Assembly: GCA_963788195.1 (NCBI GenBank) | Contig: CAWBGA010000002.1 | Coordinates: 1 to 64,000 of the forward strand | DNA from: Nitrospirota bacterium | GTDB lineage: Bacteria; Nitrospirota; Nitrospiria; Nitrospirales; NS-4 | DNA: 64,000 nt | Direction of reading: 5' to 3' | Part shown: in pieces, positions 20,366 to 30,363 of the stretch | Position numbering within the stretch: the stretch's first letter is position 1 | Layout of the letters: each line of letters starts with the position of its first letter | Translations under genes and position numbers: made by a program | The notes under the pieces: model-generated | Databases searched by the model: none | The model's input: the letters and a program-made list of their open reading frames with translations, nothing else | Told to the model about the DNA's origin: nothing

Positions 20366-22435
20366 ATGCTTCCCTCAATGGAAACTCGCAACTGGCCGGT
20401 TCGCTATAAAGTCGCCGGGATCCTTGCCGTGACGCTGGTCCCTCTTATCGGAATCATGCTGCTGTACCTCAGCACGTTGCAACAGTTCCTCGTAGTTCAT
20501 GCGGACGTGGACCGCCTGTACGCCGTTCAGCTCCAGACGGAGGCCATACGCAATCAACTGACCGACGTGCAGGACGGCTTTCGGGGGTTTGTTCTGACCC
20601 GCAACGAGAAATTTCTACAGCCGTTCTACGAGGCTGCCGAACATGTCGATCCAGCCGTACACAGGCTCAAGGAGCTCATTCGTAATGAACCGGCTCAACA
20701 GCAGCAAGTGGCACAGATCGAAGCAGCGGTCCGCAGTTTCCTGCAGTTAAAACGGAAGTTGATTGACTCCGTGCGGTTCGGAGATTTGTCGCCGGTCCGA
20801 GAACACATCGAATCGGGTCGAGGCGCAGAAATCCTCGCCGAAATTCAAGCCTCCATCGTCTCTTTTGAACAATTGGGGAAAGACGCATTACAGCAGCAGC
20901 AGCAGCGGGCGAACCGTCTGGCAACAGTCAGTCGCTACGGCATTGTAGCGGGCATTGTCGCCATCCTCTTTCTTTGGTGGCTCGGAAGCAGGCTGCTGGC
21001 CCGGACGATCACCGGTCCCCTTGCCAGCTTGACGTTCCATGCGCTGAGATTCGGTACAGGGCGAATGGCGAGGCCCATTCCCATCGCGACGACAGACGAA
21101 CTAGGTCGTCTGGCCCGCACGATGGAGGGCATGGCTGAAAGCGTCGAATACCATATCAGCCAGCTTGAGGCGTTACACGCCATTGGCAGGGAGGTCAGTA
21201 CCATCGGCCCGGACGGGATCGAGGGCGTCCTGAAGCGAATTGCAGAGCGCGCGGGCAAAGTGCTGAATGTGGACATCGGGTTAGTACTTCTTTGGAACGA
21301 GAGGATCGGATGTTGGAACGTGGGCGCGGCGTCGGGGTCCTGGCACGACCTGCTCCGCCGCTCCGTGCTGATCCGAGAAGAGACGCCGATAGCCATCAAA
21401 GCCCTGACCACGGATACCGCACAGATGGTCGAGGACCTTTCGACACGGCCCGAACCGGTCTTGCAAATCCGCGACCGCATGGGGGCCAAAAGCTTACTGG
21501 CCGTGCCGTTGCGGGGCCAAGAAGGCGCGTTTGGCGTATTGGCTCTGGCCTCGACGTCGACAAAACGGATCTTTACCGATCTGGAGGTCAGGTTCGGACA
21601 GCAGTTTGCGGATCAGGCCGCGATCGCCATCATGAATGCGCGCCTCTATGAAGCCGCGCATCAGCGTAGCGAAGGCCTGCAAAGCCGGCTTCAGGAGCTG
21701 GAGCATTATGCGGCGAACATGGCCCACGATCTTAAGGGTCCGGCGCGGAGAATGGCTGAGCTGGCCTCGCTGCTACAGACAGACTACAAGGGTCGCTTTG
21801 ACGAGCGCGCCGACCGGTATCTGGGGTGGATGCAGGAAAATGGTCACCAGCTTATGGCCAGGATCGAGGAGGTGCTGCGGCTGGCCCGCATTGGATCGGT
21901 ACACGAAGTCGTAGAGGCGGTCGATCCCGGCGAAGTCATGCGGGATGTCCTGAAAGGCTGTGCCGAACAGATCGAACGATCCGGTGCCCGCGTCGAAGTC
22001 GCCGAGGCCTTTCCCCGCGTGGCCTGCAATCACATCCACTTGTTCCAAATTCTCGACAATCTGATCCGAAACGCGCTGAAATTTGTTCCCAAAGAGCGAA
22101 CGCCTCACATTGAGATCGGGCTTTGGGAGGGCGGCGAGGACGGTTCAGAGTCGAACACGCTTCTGGATGCCTGTGTGCTCTTTGTGCGGGACAACGGCAT
22201 CGGTATCGCGCCCGCTGACCAGGATCGAATCTTCGAGCCGTTTGAGCGTCTCGGCCAGAATGACGCGCCGGGGACAGGTATCGGTTTGGCGATCGTCAAA
22301 AAGATCACCGAGCTCTACCAAGGAAAGGTGTGGGTGGAATCGGAGCCGGGGCAGGGCAGCACCTTTTCTTCATCGCTTCCACGGTATGCAGAACTGAAGG
22401 CGGTCGAACCGGTAAGGAAGGAAATGAGAGTGTGA
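20366..22435 (+). CDS. Sensor histidine kinase 1 (CHASE3-HAMP-GAF-HisKA-HATPase)
   Basis: Two TM segments flanking DGFRGFVLT..FLQPF; DELGRLA HAMP; AHDLKGP H-box; NLIRNALKF, DNGIGI, GTGIGL. Confidence 0.92.
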   Translation: MLPSMETRNWPVRYKVAGILAVTLVPLIGIMLLYLSTLQQFLVVHADVDRLYAVQLQTEAIRNQLTDVQDGFRGFVLTRNEKFLQPFYEAAEHVDPAVHRLKELIRNEPAQQQQVAQIEAAVRSFLQLKRKLIDSVRFGDLSPVREHIESGRGAEILAEIQASIVSFEQLGKDALQQQQQRANRLATVSRYGIVAGIVAILFLWWLGSRLLARTITGPLASLTFHALRFGTGRMARPIPIATTDELGRLARTMEGMAESVEYHISQLEALHAIGREVSTIGPDGIEGVLKRIAERAGKVLNVDIGLVLLWNERIGCWNVGAASGSWHDLLRRSVLIREETPIAIKALTTDTAQMVEDLSTRPEPVLQIRDRMGAKSLLAVPLRGQEGAFGVLALASTSTKRIFTDLEVRFGQQFADQAAIAIMNARLYEAAHQRSEGLQSRLQELEHYAANMAHDLKGPARRMAELASLLQTDYKGRFDERADRYLGWMQENGHQLMARIEEVLRLARIGSVHEVVEAVDPGEVMRDVLKGCAEQIERSGARVEVAEAFPRVACNHIHLFQILDNLIRNALKFVPKERTPHIEIGLWEGGEDGSESNTLLDACVLFVRDNGIGIAPADQDRIFEPFERLGQNDAPGTGIGLAIVKKITELYQGKVWVESEPGQGSTFSSSLPRYAELKAVEPVRKEMRV

Positions 22436-23865
22436 TTGGCCAGCAGCGCCAGGCGTTCCGAATCCTCCTGGTCGAAGACGAAGCGGCCGATGCCGAAATT
22501 CTTCTACGCGTCCTTGAGCAGCAGTTTGCAGGCGACGAGACCCGTGTCGTCGATTTCAGCGTGGCGTCGCGCGCCGAGGGCGCGCTGAAGGTGTTGGAAC
22601 AAGAAGACATCCACCTTGTCCTGACGGATGTGCGCATGCCCGGCATGGGAGGGATCGAATTCATCAAGCGGCTGCAAAACCTGAACCTGTCTATTCCTGT
22701 AATTATGATCAGCGGGCTCAATTCGCTCGATACGGCCGTAGAAGCGATCCGCCACGGCGCCTTCGACTACATCACCAAGCCGATCAATCCGGAAGTCTTG
22801 TCGGCGCGAATCCATCGGGCTATCCGGATGTCCGAGATTTTGCATCAGAACTGGGCGCTTCGGCGGATGGCGGTGGACCCCGAGGGGTTTGAGTCGATTA
22901 TCGGGGTCAGCCCGGCTTTTCAAAATGTGCTCCGGATGGTGCAAGACATCGCGGTTGTCCGCTCGACGGTCCTACTCATCGGCGAGACAGGGACCGGCAA
23001 GGAGCTGTTGGCTCGGGCGATTCACGACCGCAGCCCGGAGCACGACCGGCCCTACCAGGTCGTGGATTGTACTCGCTTCCCCGAAGGCATGATCGAAAGC
23101 GAACTCTTTGGCCACGTGAAGGGCGCCTTTACCGGCGCGATGAGCGACAAGATGGGCTTATTGGAGCTTGCCGATGGCGGCACCGTCTTCTTAGATGAAA
23201 TCGGTGATCTTCCTCTGTCCCTTCAAGCCAAACTGCTTCGCGTCCTGGAAGAAGGAGAAGTACGCGCCGTTGGCGGAACGCGTTCCAAGAGAGTGGATGT
23301 TCGGTTCATCGCGGCGACCAACCAGGACATCGAGACACGCGTGACCCGGGGCGAGTTTCGAAAGGACCTATTTTATCGCCTGAATGTCGTCACATTACGC
23401 GTCCCTCCGCTGCGTGACCGTAAAGAGGATATCCCGATTCTGGCGCGGCATTTCCTGATCAGGTTTGCGCGCGAGTTCGGGAAATCGGTACGGGAGATCC
23501 AGCCTTCTGCGGTGACAGACCTGGTGGCGTACGATTGGCCGGGCAACATTCGTGAATTGCGGAATGTGATGGAGCGAGCCGTCATGCTGTGCCGCGGTAA
23601 TTGGGTCTCGCACCAAGATCTTGCCTCTTTGCTGCCCACCCTGGCGCGGGACTCATGCACCGATTCCGCCTCCCTCCAAGGCGACCTTCTGCGGCTGACG
23701 TACTCTGAAGCGAAACAAAAGGTCCTCGAAGATTTTACCGTCCGGTACGTCGAGGGAAAATTAGCTGCCCATGGAGGCAATGTCACCCACGCGGCGCAGG
23801 ACAGCGGCATACCCAGGCAGCACTTTCAGCAGATCATGAACCGGTACTTTAAAAGAGACTCATGA
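22432..23865 (+). CDS. Sigma-54-dependent response regulator 1 (NtrC family)
   Basis: REC domain, [37 protein letters not shown] start overlaps the kinase stop. Confidence 0.95.
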   Translation: MIGQQRQAFRILLVEDEAADAEILLRVLEQQFAGDETRVVDFSVASRAEGALKVLEQEDIHLVLTDVRMPGMGGIEFIKRLQNLNLSIPVIMISGLNSLDTAVEAIRHGAFDYITKPINPEVLSARIHRAIRMSEILHQNWALRRMAVDPEGFESIIGVSPAFQNVLRMVQDIAVVRSTVLLIGETGTGKELLARAIHDRSPEHDRPYQVVDCTRFPEGMIESELFGHVKGAFTGAMSDKMGLLELADGGTVFLDEIGDLPLSLQAKLLRVLEEGEVRAVGGTRSKRVDVRFIAATNQDIETRVTRGEFRKDLFYRLNVVTLRVPPLRDRKEDIPILARHFLIRFAREFGKSVREIQPSAVTDLVAYDWPGNIRELRNVMERAVMLCRGNWVSHQDLASLLPTLARDSCTDSASLQGDLLRLTYSEAKQKVLEDFTVRYVEGKLAAHGGNVTHAAQDSGIPRQHFQQIMNRYFKRDS

Positions 23866-23919
23866 GACCTGAACAATGAGATATCCGCTTCGCAGCTGGT
23901 TTTGATTAACGCAGTACAT

Positions 23920-23957
23920 GGGGGGAGGTTTCGTAAGGAGCCTCCCCCCTTTTATTT
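23920..23957 (+). terminator. Rho-independent terminator
   Basis: GGGGGAGGTTTC-GTAA-GGAGCCTCCCCC followed by TTTTATTT. Confidence 0.75.
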
Positions 23958-24092
23958 GTATTGCATTGCACGCGTCCGAAGAGTATACCGGCGCGAAAAT
24001 CAGATCACCGACTCTGTAAGGAGGGGCGCAAAGCCGAACGCATCATCGTTTTGTAACCCGCAACATCCTGTACAACCCAAAAGGGTTGAGCC

Positions 24093-24725
24093 ATGGCTCT
24101 TCAGACGGCTTCTCAAGACGAACTCATCGTAACTTCCAGCTCGATCGATGACTCATTCTTATCACGGTCGTTCGAGGTTGGAGCCGAAAGGCTAAAAATT
24201 TTGATATTCGATGGGCTATTCGAAGAGAAGGCGCTTGCGGAGGTGTACCGGCACTTCAGGTCGTTGAATTATTGCCTTGGCGATTATGATCGAGAAGAGA
24301 CCAAGACCATCAGGCATTTAGTACATGCTTTCGAGCCCCAAGAGATCGAGGCGACGTCCGTAGTGAAAGCCATCATTCAAGGCACCCGAGAGCTCGCAAA
24401 AGCCCACGCCCTAAGCATAACAAACGTCGCCAAAGTGTACGCGAATTTTAACTTGTACGGCGATTACCAATTCGCCCACGTAGACGGCGATGTTTGGACC
24501 GCGCTAGTTTTTGTCAACGCATCGTGGCATGAAGACTGGGGCGGTGAGCTGCTCCTATATGACGGCACTCCGGCATCCACGACGACTCGAGGTTTTGCCT
24601 ATGCCATTACTCCCATTCCAGGCCGCATGGTGATCTTTGATGGAAGGATCAAGCATCGGGGTGGGGTGCCTTCTAAGTATTGCTTAGAACCGAGAATTAG
24701 TTTCGCCATAAAATTTTCTAAATGA
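24093..24725 (+). CDS. 2OG-Fe(II) oxygenase (prolyl-hydroxylase-like)
   Basis: HVD, W...WGGELL, PGRMVIFDG.IKH, RISFAIKF. Confidence 0.85.
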   Translation: MALQTASQDELIVTSSSIDDSFLSRSFEVGAERLKILIFDGLFEEKALAEVYRHFRSLNYCLGDYDREETKTIRHLVHAFEPQEIEATSVVKAIIQGTRELAKAHALSITNVAKVYANFNLYGDYQFAHVDGDVWTALVFVNASWHEDWGGELLLYDGTPASTTTRGFAYAITPIPGRMVIFDGRIKHRGGVPSKYCLEPRISFAIKFSK

Positions 24726-24793
24726 GAATTGTATAATACCCGTCGGCTTTCGTGTAATTCCATTGCTTGTACCCTCCTCGCCCCTCCCCTAAG

Positions 24794-25030
24794 CCCGTAC
24801 AGCGTGACGATGATGAAGCACGCGCCGTACGTGGTGACGCCGAAGTCGGTGAAGGGCAATGAGACCCGGCCGGATGTCCGGGCGATCGCGGCGGACACGG
24901 GCTATTAGAGCAACTTCCGCTACGGGTCGCAGCAGTCGGTCACGAGGTCCTGGTTGATGCCGATCATTTGGTGGAGCAGGTGACTGAACCTATCTACATC
25001 CGGTCGGCCGAGCGCGTGACCTGGCTGTAA
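24794..25030 (+). pseudogene. nxrA: Collapsed remnant of a third nxrAB copy
   Basis: 24794-24964 matches nxrA 28601-28771 with an in-frame CAG>TAG change; TTGGTGGAGCAGGTGA matches internal nxrB; 24992-25030 matches the nxrB 3' end (..ERVTWL*). Confidence 0.9.
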
Positions 25031-25038
25031 GTGCAGGA

Positions 25039-25081
25039 GGGACGGTCCCTCTTTTTCGTCCAAGAAAAAGTGGACTGTCCC
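25039..25081. repeat. Palindromic GGGACGGTCCC..GGACTGTCCC element (copy of the one after nxrB2)
   Basis: Near-identical to 42760-42802. Confidence 0.75.
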
Positions 25082-25274
25082 CATAGCGTCGCCAAAGGAA
25101 ACATCACCCCCGGCCACCCCTCTAAGTCCGGCACTTCTGAGGTCGCGGTCCAGACAGTGCCGCTTTTTTGTTTCTGTTCTGTAACATAGAAGGCCTACCC
25201 TCCCGAACATAAAGCCTGTCACAGTTAGATCATTCGACTGATTCAGCCCACCGCAAGTTTTGATTTGATTTAAA

Positions 25275-25287
25275 TATCAATGCGTTG
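25275..25287 (+). promoter_or_regulatory. Putative IHF site
   Basis: TATCAA-TGCG-TTG matches WATCAANNNNTTR, in AT-rich DNA upstream of nxrA1. Confidence 0.45.
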
Positions 25288-25426
25288 GTTTGTTCTTAAT
25301 TGGAAGAGCAAGTATTTCGCTGCATCCACAGTCAAGGGCATATCGTGCGACCTCAACCGATGTCAAAAAAAGGCCATCTTTTAAGGTGTTACGAGCTATA
25401 CCAAAAAGGGTTAGCCAATGAGGTCA

Positions 25427-25442
25427 TGGCATACATCTTGGT
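25427..25442 (+). promoter_or_regulatory. Putative sigma-54 promoter of nxrA1 (variant -12)
   Basis: TGGCATACATCTTGGT: consensus -24 TGGCA, TTG then G rather than C at -12. Confidence 0.5.
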
Positions 25443-25580
25443 AGTACTTCTGGCGAGGAATGGTGAAGTGTCTAAAAAAAAGACGAAAGGGGGTGGGAAA
25501 GTTACGCGCCGCAGCCTGGGCCAAGCCTGGGCGCTTCGAGATGGAAAGGTTCTTTTCAATCAACTGATGAGGTGGCGACA

Positions 25581-28500
25581 ATGGTTTTTACAAGGCGGCA
25601 ATTCTTAAAGACGACGGCGGGGACAATCGCGGCCGTTGCGATTGCAGACAAGGTGCTCGCCCTCACCGCACTGCAGCCAGTCATTGAAGTAGGAAATCCT
25701 CTGGGAGAGTATCCGGACCGGTCATGGGAGCGTGTCTATCACGACCAGTACCGCTATGACTCCTCATTCACGTACATCTGCACGCCCAACGACACACACG
25801 GCTGCCGGGTTCGCGCGTTCGTGCGGAACGGCGTCGTCATGCGGGTGGAGCAGAACTACGATCATCAGACCTATGAAGATTTATACGGAAACCGTGGGAC
25901 CTTCGCGTGGAATCCACGGATGTGTTTGAAGGGTTATACGTTCCATCGCCGGGTGTATGGCCCCTATCGGCTCAAGGGCCCGATGATCCGCAAATCCTGG
26001 AAGGCCTGGGTCGATGACGGCTGCCCCGAGCTGTCTCCGGAAGTAAAGACCCGCTACAAATTCACGAGCCGCGGCGAAGACGATATGCTGCGCGTGTCTT
26101 GGGACACCGCGGGCACTTATCTCGCCAAGGCCCAAATGAAGATTGCCGAGCGGTATTCGGGTGAGGCCGGAGCGCGCCGGTTGCGTGAGCAGGGCTACCC
26201 GCCGGAGATGATTGAGTCGATGAAGGGCGGAGGTACAAGAACCTTCAAGTATCGGCCCGGTATGGCGCTCCTCGGATTAATCGGCAAAATCGGCTTCGGG
26301 CGAATGTCCAACGGCAATCTGGCCCAGTTGGACAAATATATTCGCAAGGTCGCCAATGATAAATCCGTCGGCGGTCGTACCTGGTCGAGCTATACCTGGC
26401 ACGGCGATCAGCCTCCGGACCATCCATATTGGTGTGGTATCCAGACCTCCGATGTCGACCACCCCGATATGCGCTTCAGCAAGTTGCACACGAGCTGGGG
26501 CAAGAACTTCATCGAACACAAGATGCCGGAAGCGCACTGGATGATCGAGTGCATGGAGCGTGGCGGCCGCATCGTGGTGATCGTCCCGGAGTACAGCCCG
26601 CCCGCCTCGAAGGCGGACTACTGGATTCCGTGCCGACCTGGGGGTGACGCGGCGTTATTTCTCGGTACCATCAAGATCATCATGGACGAGAACATGTACG
26701 ACTTGGACTTTTGCAAACAGTACACGGACATGCCGATCCTGATTCGGACCGACACATTGACCTATCTGGACCCCAAGGATGTGATCAAGGATTACCAGCT
26801 CTTCGACTTGACGAAGGGTTATACGACGAAGGTCCAGGCCGTGAAGGCCGATTATCGGGAGCGTCTCGGTGACTATATGTTCTGGGATTCGGTAAAAAAT
26901 CAAGCCGTCCCGGTGAACCGCGAGATGGTCGGCGCGGAGATGCTGAAGGTCGGGATTGATCCGGCCCTGGAGGGCACCTACCGGGTGAAGCTCATCGACG
27001 GTAAAGACATTGACGTGATGCCGGTGTTCCAGATGTACAAGATCCATGTGCAGGACTTCGACTTGGACACGACCCAGCAGATCTCCCAGTGCCCCAAGGA
27101 CCTCATTGTCCGTTGGTCGCGGGATATGGGGACGGTAAAGCCTGCCGCAATCCATAGCGGCGAGGGCGTGAACCACTGGTTCCAGCGGACGGCCAATGGC
27201 CGCGCGTGCGCGATGATTACCATCATCACCGGCAATCAGGGCAAGTTCGGGACGGGCTTCCATAATTGGTCGGGCAACTACAAGACCGGTATTCCACATG
27301 GGACGTCCTGGTCTGGTTACGGCATCGGAGCGTGGGGGGACGAAGATCCATTCGACCTCAACCTGGATCCGAAGGCCCATGGCAAAGAAATCCATACCAA
27401 GTACTATCAGTACGGCGAAGAACCCGCCTACTGGAACCACGGCGATCGGCCGTTGATCGTGAACACCCCGAAGTACGGACGTAAGGTGTTCACGGGCAAG
27501 ACTCATATGCCGTCGCCGACCAAGGTCGAGTGGTCGATGAACGTGAACTTGCTCAATAACGCGAAGTACCACTACGACATGGTGAAAAACGTAGACTCGA
27601 ACGTGGAGTGCATCGTGGTCCAGGACCTGGAGATGACGTCCGGCGTGAACTATGCGGACGTCGCCTTCGCGATCAACTCCTGGATGGAATTTACCTATCC
27701 CGACATGACGGCGACCTGCTCCAATCCGTGGTACCAAGTCTGGAAGGGCGGGATCAAGCCGTTGTATGACACTCGCAATGACCTGGATTGCTACATCGCG
27801 GTCGCTCAAAAGTGGTCGGAGATGACCGGCGATAAAGGGTTCACTGATCTGTGGAAGTTCGCGATTGAGAATAAGGTGGACGTCTACGTCCAGCGGGTTC
27901 TGGATGCATCGAGCACCTTATACGGCTACAACGCCAAGACTCTGTTGCAGTCGGAGAAGGGCTGGTTCGTGATGGTCCGGACGTATCCCAGGCAGCCGTT
28001 CTGGGAGCACGTCAACGAATCTAAGCCGATGTGGACTCGCAGCGGCCGTTTCGAGAATTACTGTGCCCTGCCCGAGGTGATCGAGTACGGCGAGAACTTT
28101 GCCGTATTCCGTGAGGATCCGGAAGGGACGCCGTATCTGCCGGCGGTGATCATCAGCAGCAATCCGTTCATCCGCCCGGATGACTACGGCATTCCGATCA
28201 CAGCCATGCACCATGACGATCGTCATGTGCGTAATGTGAAGCTGCCGTGGAACGAAGCCAAACGGCACACGAACCCGTTGTGGGAGAAGGGGTATCAGTT
28301 CTACTGCGTGACCCCGAAGACCCGGCACCGGGTGCACAGCCAGTGGTCGGTCAATGACTGGATCCAGATGTTCGAATCGAACTTCGGCGACCCATACCGC
28401 ATGGACAAGCGGACGCCGGGAGTCGGCGAACACCAGATGCATGTGAATCCGATGGCCGCAAAGGACCGGGGGATCAACGACGGCGACTACATCTATGTGG

Positions 28501-29018
28501 ACGCCAACCCCGCCGACCGGCCGTATCGCGGATGGAAGCCGAGCGATCCGTTCTACAAGGTGAGCCGGCTGATGATCCGCTGCAAATACAATCCCGCCTT
28601 CCCGTACAGTGTGACGATGATGAAGCACGCGCCGTACGTGGCGACGCCGAAGTCGGTGAAGGGCCATGAGACCCGGCCGGACGGGCGGGCGATCGCGGCG
28701 GACACGGGCTATCAGAGCAACTTCCGCTATGGATCGCAACAGTCGATCACGCGGTCGTGGCTGATGCCGATGCACCAAACGGACTCACTGGTGTCGAAGA
28801 AGAAGCATGTGTTCGCCATGAAGTTCGGGTTCGAGGTGGACAACCATGCGGTCAACACGACGCCGAAGTCGACGCTCGTCCGGATCCAGAAGGCGGAGGA
28901 CGGCGGCATCGGGGCGCGGGGGCCATGGGAGCCGGTGCGGACCGGCTTCACGCCGGCGCAGGAGAACGAATGGATGCTCAAGTGGCTCAAGGGCGAGAGC
29001 ATTAAGATCAAGGTCTAA
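25581..29018 (+). CDS. nxrA: Nitrite oxidoreductase alpha subunit (periplasmic Nitrospira/anammox type), copy 1
   Basis: Tat signal TRRQFLK; FS0 motif CTPNDTHGC..PRMC; TWHGDQ Mo-ligand motif; TPKTRHRVHSQW; followed by nxrB. Confidence 0.97.
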   Translation: MVFTRRQFLKTTAGTIAAVAIADKVLALTALQPVIEVGNPLGEYPDRSWERVYHDQYRYDSSFTYICTPNDTHGCRVRAFVRNGVVMRVEQNYDHQTYEDLYGNRGTFAWNPRMCLKGYTFHRRVYGPYRLKGPMIRKSWKAWVDDGCPELSPEVKTRYKFTSRGEDDMLRVSWDTAGTYLAKAQMKIAERYSGEAGARRLREQGYPPEMIESMKGGGTRTFKYRPGMALLGLIGKIGFGRMSNGNLAQLDKYIRKVANDKSVGGRTWSSYTWHGDQPPDHPYWCGIQTSDVDHPDMRFSKLHTSWGKNFIEHKMPEAHWMIECMERGGRIVVIVPEYSPPASKADYWIPCRPGGDAALFLGTIKIIMDENMYDLDFCKQYTDMPILIRTDTLTYLDPKDVIKDYQLFDLTKGYTTKVQAVKADYRERLGDYMFWDSVKNQAVPVNREMVGAEMLKVGIDPALEGTYRVKLIDGKDIDVMPVFQMYKIHVQDFDLDTTQQISQCPKDLIVRWSRDMGTVKPAAIHSGEGVNHWFQRTANGRACAMITIITGNQGKFGTGFHNWSGNYKTGIPHGTSWSGYGIGAWGDEDPFDLNLDPKAHGKEIHTKYYQYGEEPAYWNHGDRPLIVNTPKYGRKVFTGKTHMPSPTKVEWSMNVNLLNNAKYHYDMVKNVDSNVECIVVQDLEMTSGVNYADVAFAINSWMEFTYPDMTATCSNPWYQVWKGGIKPLYDTRNDLDCYIAVAQKWSEMTGDKGFTDLWKFAIENKVDVYVQRVLDASSTLYGYNAKTLLQSEKGWFVMVRTYPRQPFWEHVNESKPMWTRSGRFENYCALPEVIEYGENFAVFREDPEGTPYLPAVIISSNPFIRPDDYGIPITAMHHDDRHVRNVKLPWNEAKRHTNPLWEKGYQFYCVTPKTRHRVHSQWSVNDWIQMFESNFGDPYRMDKRTPGVGEHQMHVNPMAAKDRGINDGDYIYVDANPADRPYRGWKPSDPFYKVSRLMIRCKYNPAFPYSVTMMKHAPYVATPKSVKGHETRPDGRAIAADTGYQSNFRYGSQQSITRSWLMPMHQTDSLVSKKKHVFAMKFGFEVDNHAVNTTPKSTLVRIQKAEDGGIGARGPWEPVRTGFTPAQENEWMLKWLKGESIKIKV

Positions 29019-29026
29019 GTCGGAAC

Positions 29027-29056
29027 AGGGACAGGCGGCGAACGCCGCCTGTCCCT
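29027..29056. repeat. nxrA-nxrB intergenic hairpin
   Basis: AGGGACAGGCGGCG-AA-CGCCGCCTGTCCCT; repeated at 41415-41444. Confidence 0.7.
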
Positions 29057-29073
29057 CTTGAACGGAGGAACCC

Positions 29074-30363
29074 ATGCCGGAAGTCTATAACTGGCAGTTA
29101 GGCCGCAAGATGCTCTATCCCTATGAGGAGCGGCATCCGAAGTGGCAGTTTTCGTTTGCGTTCAACATCAATCGGTGTATTGCGTGTCAGACCTGTTCGA
29201 TGGCGGACAAGTCGACGTGGCTGTTCTCGAAAGGGCAGGAGTACATGTGGTGGAACAATGTGGAGACCAAGCCGTACGGCGGGTACCCGCAGTTCTACGA
29301 CGTGAAGGTGGCCCAATTGGTGGAGCAGGTGAACCCGGGCGGGCAGGTGTGGAACACGCGGGTGGGGCGCAAGCACCATGCGCCGTACGGGGTGTTCGAA
29401 GGGTTCACGATCTTTGATGCGGGCGCCAAGATTGGGCAGGCGGCGATCGGGTATATCCCGACGGACCAGGAATGGCGCTTTGTGAACATCTACGAGGACA
29501 CGGCGACGTCGATGCGGGCCCTGGTGGATGGGAACGACAAGTCGGGGTTTTCGGCGGCGGAGCCCTGGAAGAGCCAAGGGGCGAGCCTGCCGGAGCACGA
29601 GACGTTCTTCTTCTATCTGCAGCGGATCTGCAATCACTGCACGTATCCGGGGTGTCTGGCGGCGTGTCCGCGCAAGGCGATCTACAAGCGCCCGGAGGAC
29701 GGGATTGTGCTGATCGACCAGAACCGGTGCCGGGGCTATAAGAAGTGCGTGGAGCAGTGTCCGTACAAAAAGCCGATGTACCGGGGGACGACGCGGGTCA
29801 GTGAGAAGTGTATTGCGTGCTACCCGCGGGTGGAGGGCAAGGATCCGCTGACGGGCGGGGAGCCGATGGAGACGCGGTGCATGGCGGCGTGCGTGGGCAA
29901 GATCCGCATGCAGGGGCTCAACAAGATCGGGGATGATGGGTTGTGGGCGGAGGATCGGTGGCATCCGCTGTACTACGCGATTCGCGTGGAGCAGGTGGCG
30001 TTGCCGCTGTATCCGCAGTGGGGGACGGAGCCGAACGGGTTCTACTTCCCGCCGCGCCATGCCCCGCGGGGCTACATCCGGCAGATGTTTGGGCCGGGGG
30101 TGGACAACGCGATCGACCGGTACATTGTGCCGAGCCGGGAGCTGTTGGCGGTGCTGCAGCTGTGGCGGGCGAGCCAGCAGATCTTGTTCCGGTACGACGT
30201 GATTCCGGGGCCGAAGGTGTTTGAGACCCAGATTCACGGGCGCAAGTTTGAGATGTACAACGACACGGTGCTCGGGTTCAACAAGTCGGGCAAGGAGATC
30301 GTGCGCATCCAGGTGGAAGAGCCGATCTACATCCGCCCGGCCGAGCGCATCACCTGGCTGTAA
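29074..30363 (+). CDS. nxrB: Nitrite oxidoreductase beta subunit, copy 1
   Basis: MPEVYNWQLGR; Fe-S motifs CIACQTC, CNHCTYPGC..C, CRGYKKC..C, CIAC..C..C. Confidence 0.98.
   Translation: MPEVYNWQLGRKMLYPYEERHPKWQFSFAFNINRCIACQTCSMADKSTWLFSKGQEYMWWNNVETKPYGGYPQFYDVKVAQLVEQVNPGGQVWNTRVGRKHHAPYGVFEGFTIFDAGAKIGQAAIGYIPTDQEWRFVNIYEDTATSMRALVDGNDKSGFSAAEPWKSQGASLPEHETFFFYLQRICNHCTYPGCLAACPRKAIYKRPEDGIVLIDQNRCRGYKKCVEQCPYKKPMYRGTTRVSEKCIACYPRVEGKDPLTGGEPMETRCMAACVGKIRMQGLNKIGDDGLWAEDRWHPLYYAIRVEQVALPLYPQWGTEPNGFYFPPRHAPRGYIRQMFGPGVDNAIDRYIVPSRELLAVLQLWRASQQILFRYDVIPGPKVFETQIHGRKFEMYNDTVLGFNKSGKEIVRIQVEEPIYIRPAERITWL

Noticed and set aside
25265..25280. FNR box upstream of nxrA1
   Set aside because: TTGAT-N6-ATCAA has a 6-nt spacer rather than 4; it fits an IHF site better
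25300..25608. 102-aa ORF upstream of nxrA1, and 19645..20073 on the minus strand
   Set aside because: They overlap promoter DNA or real genes and show no motifs
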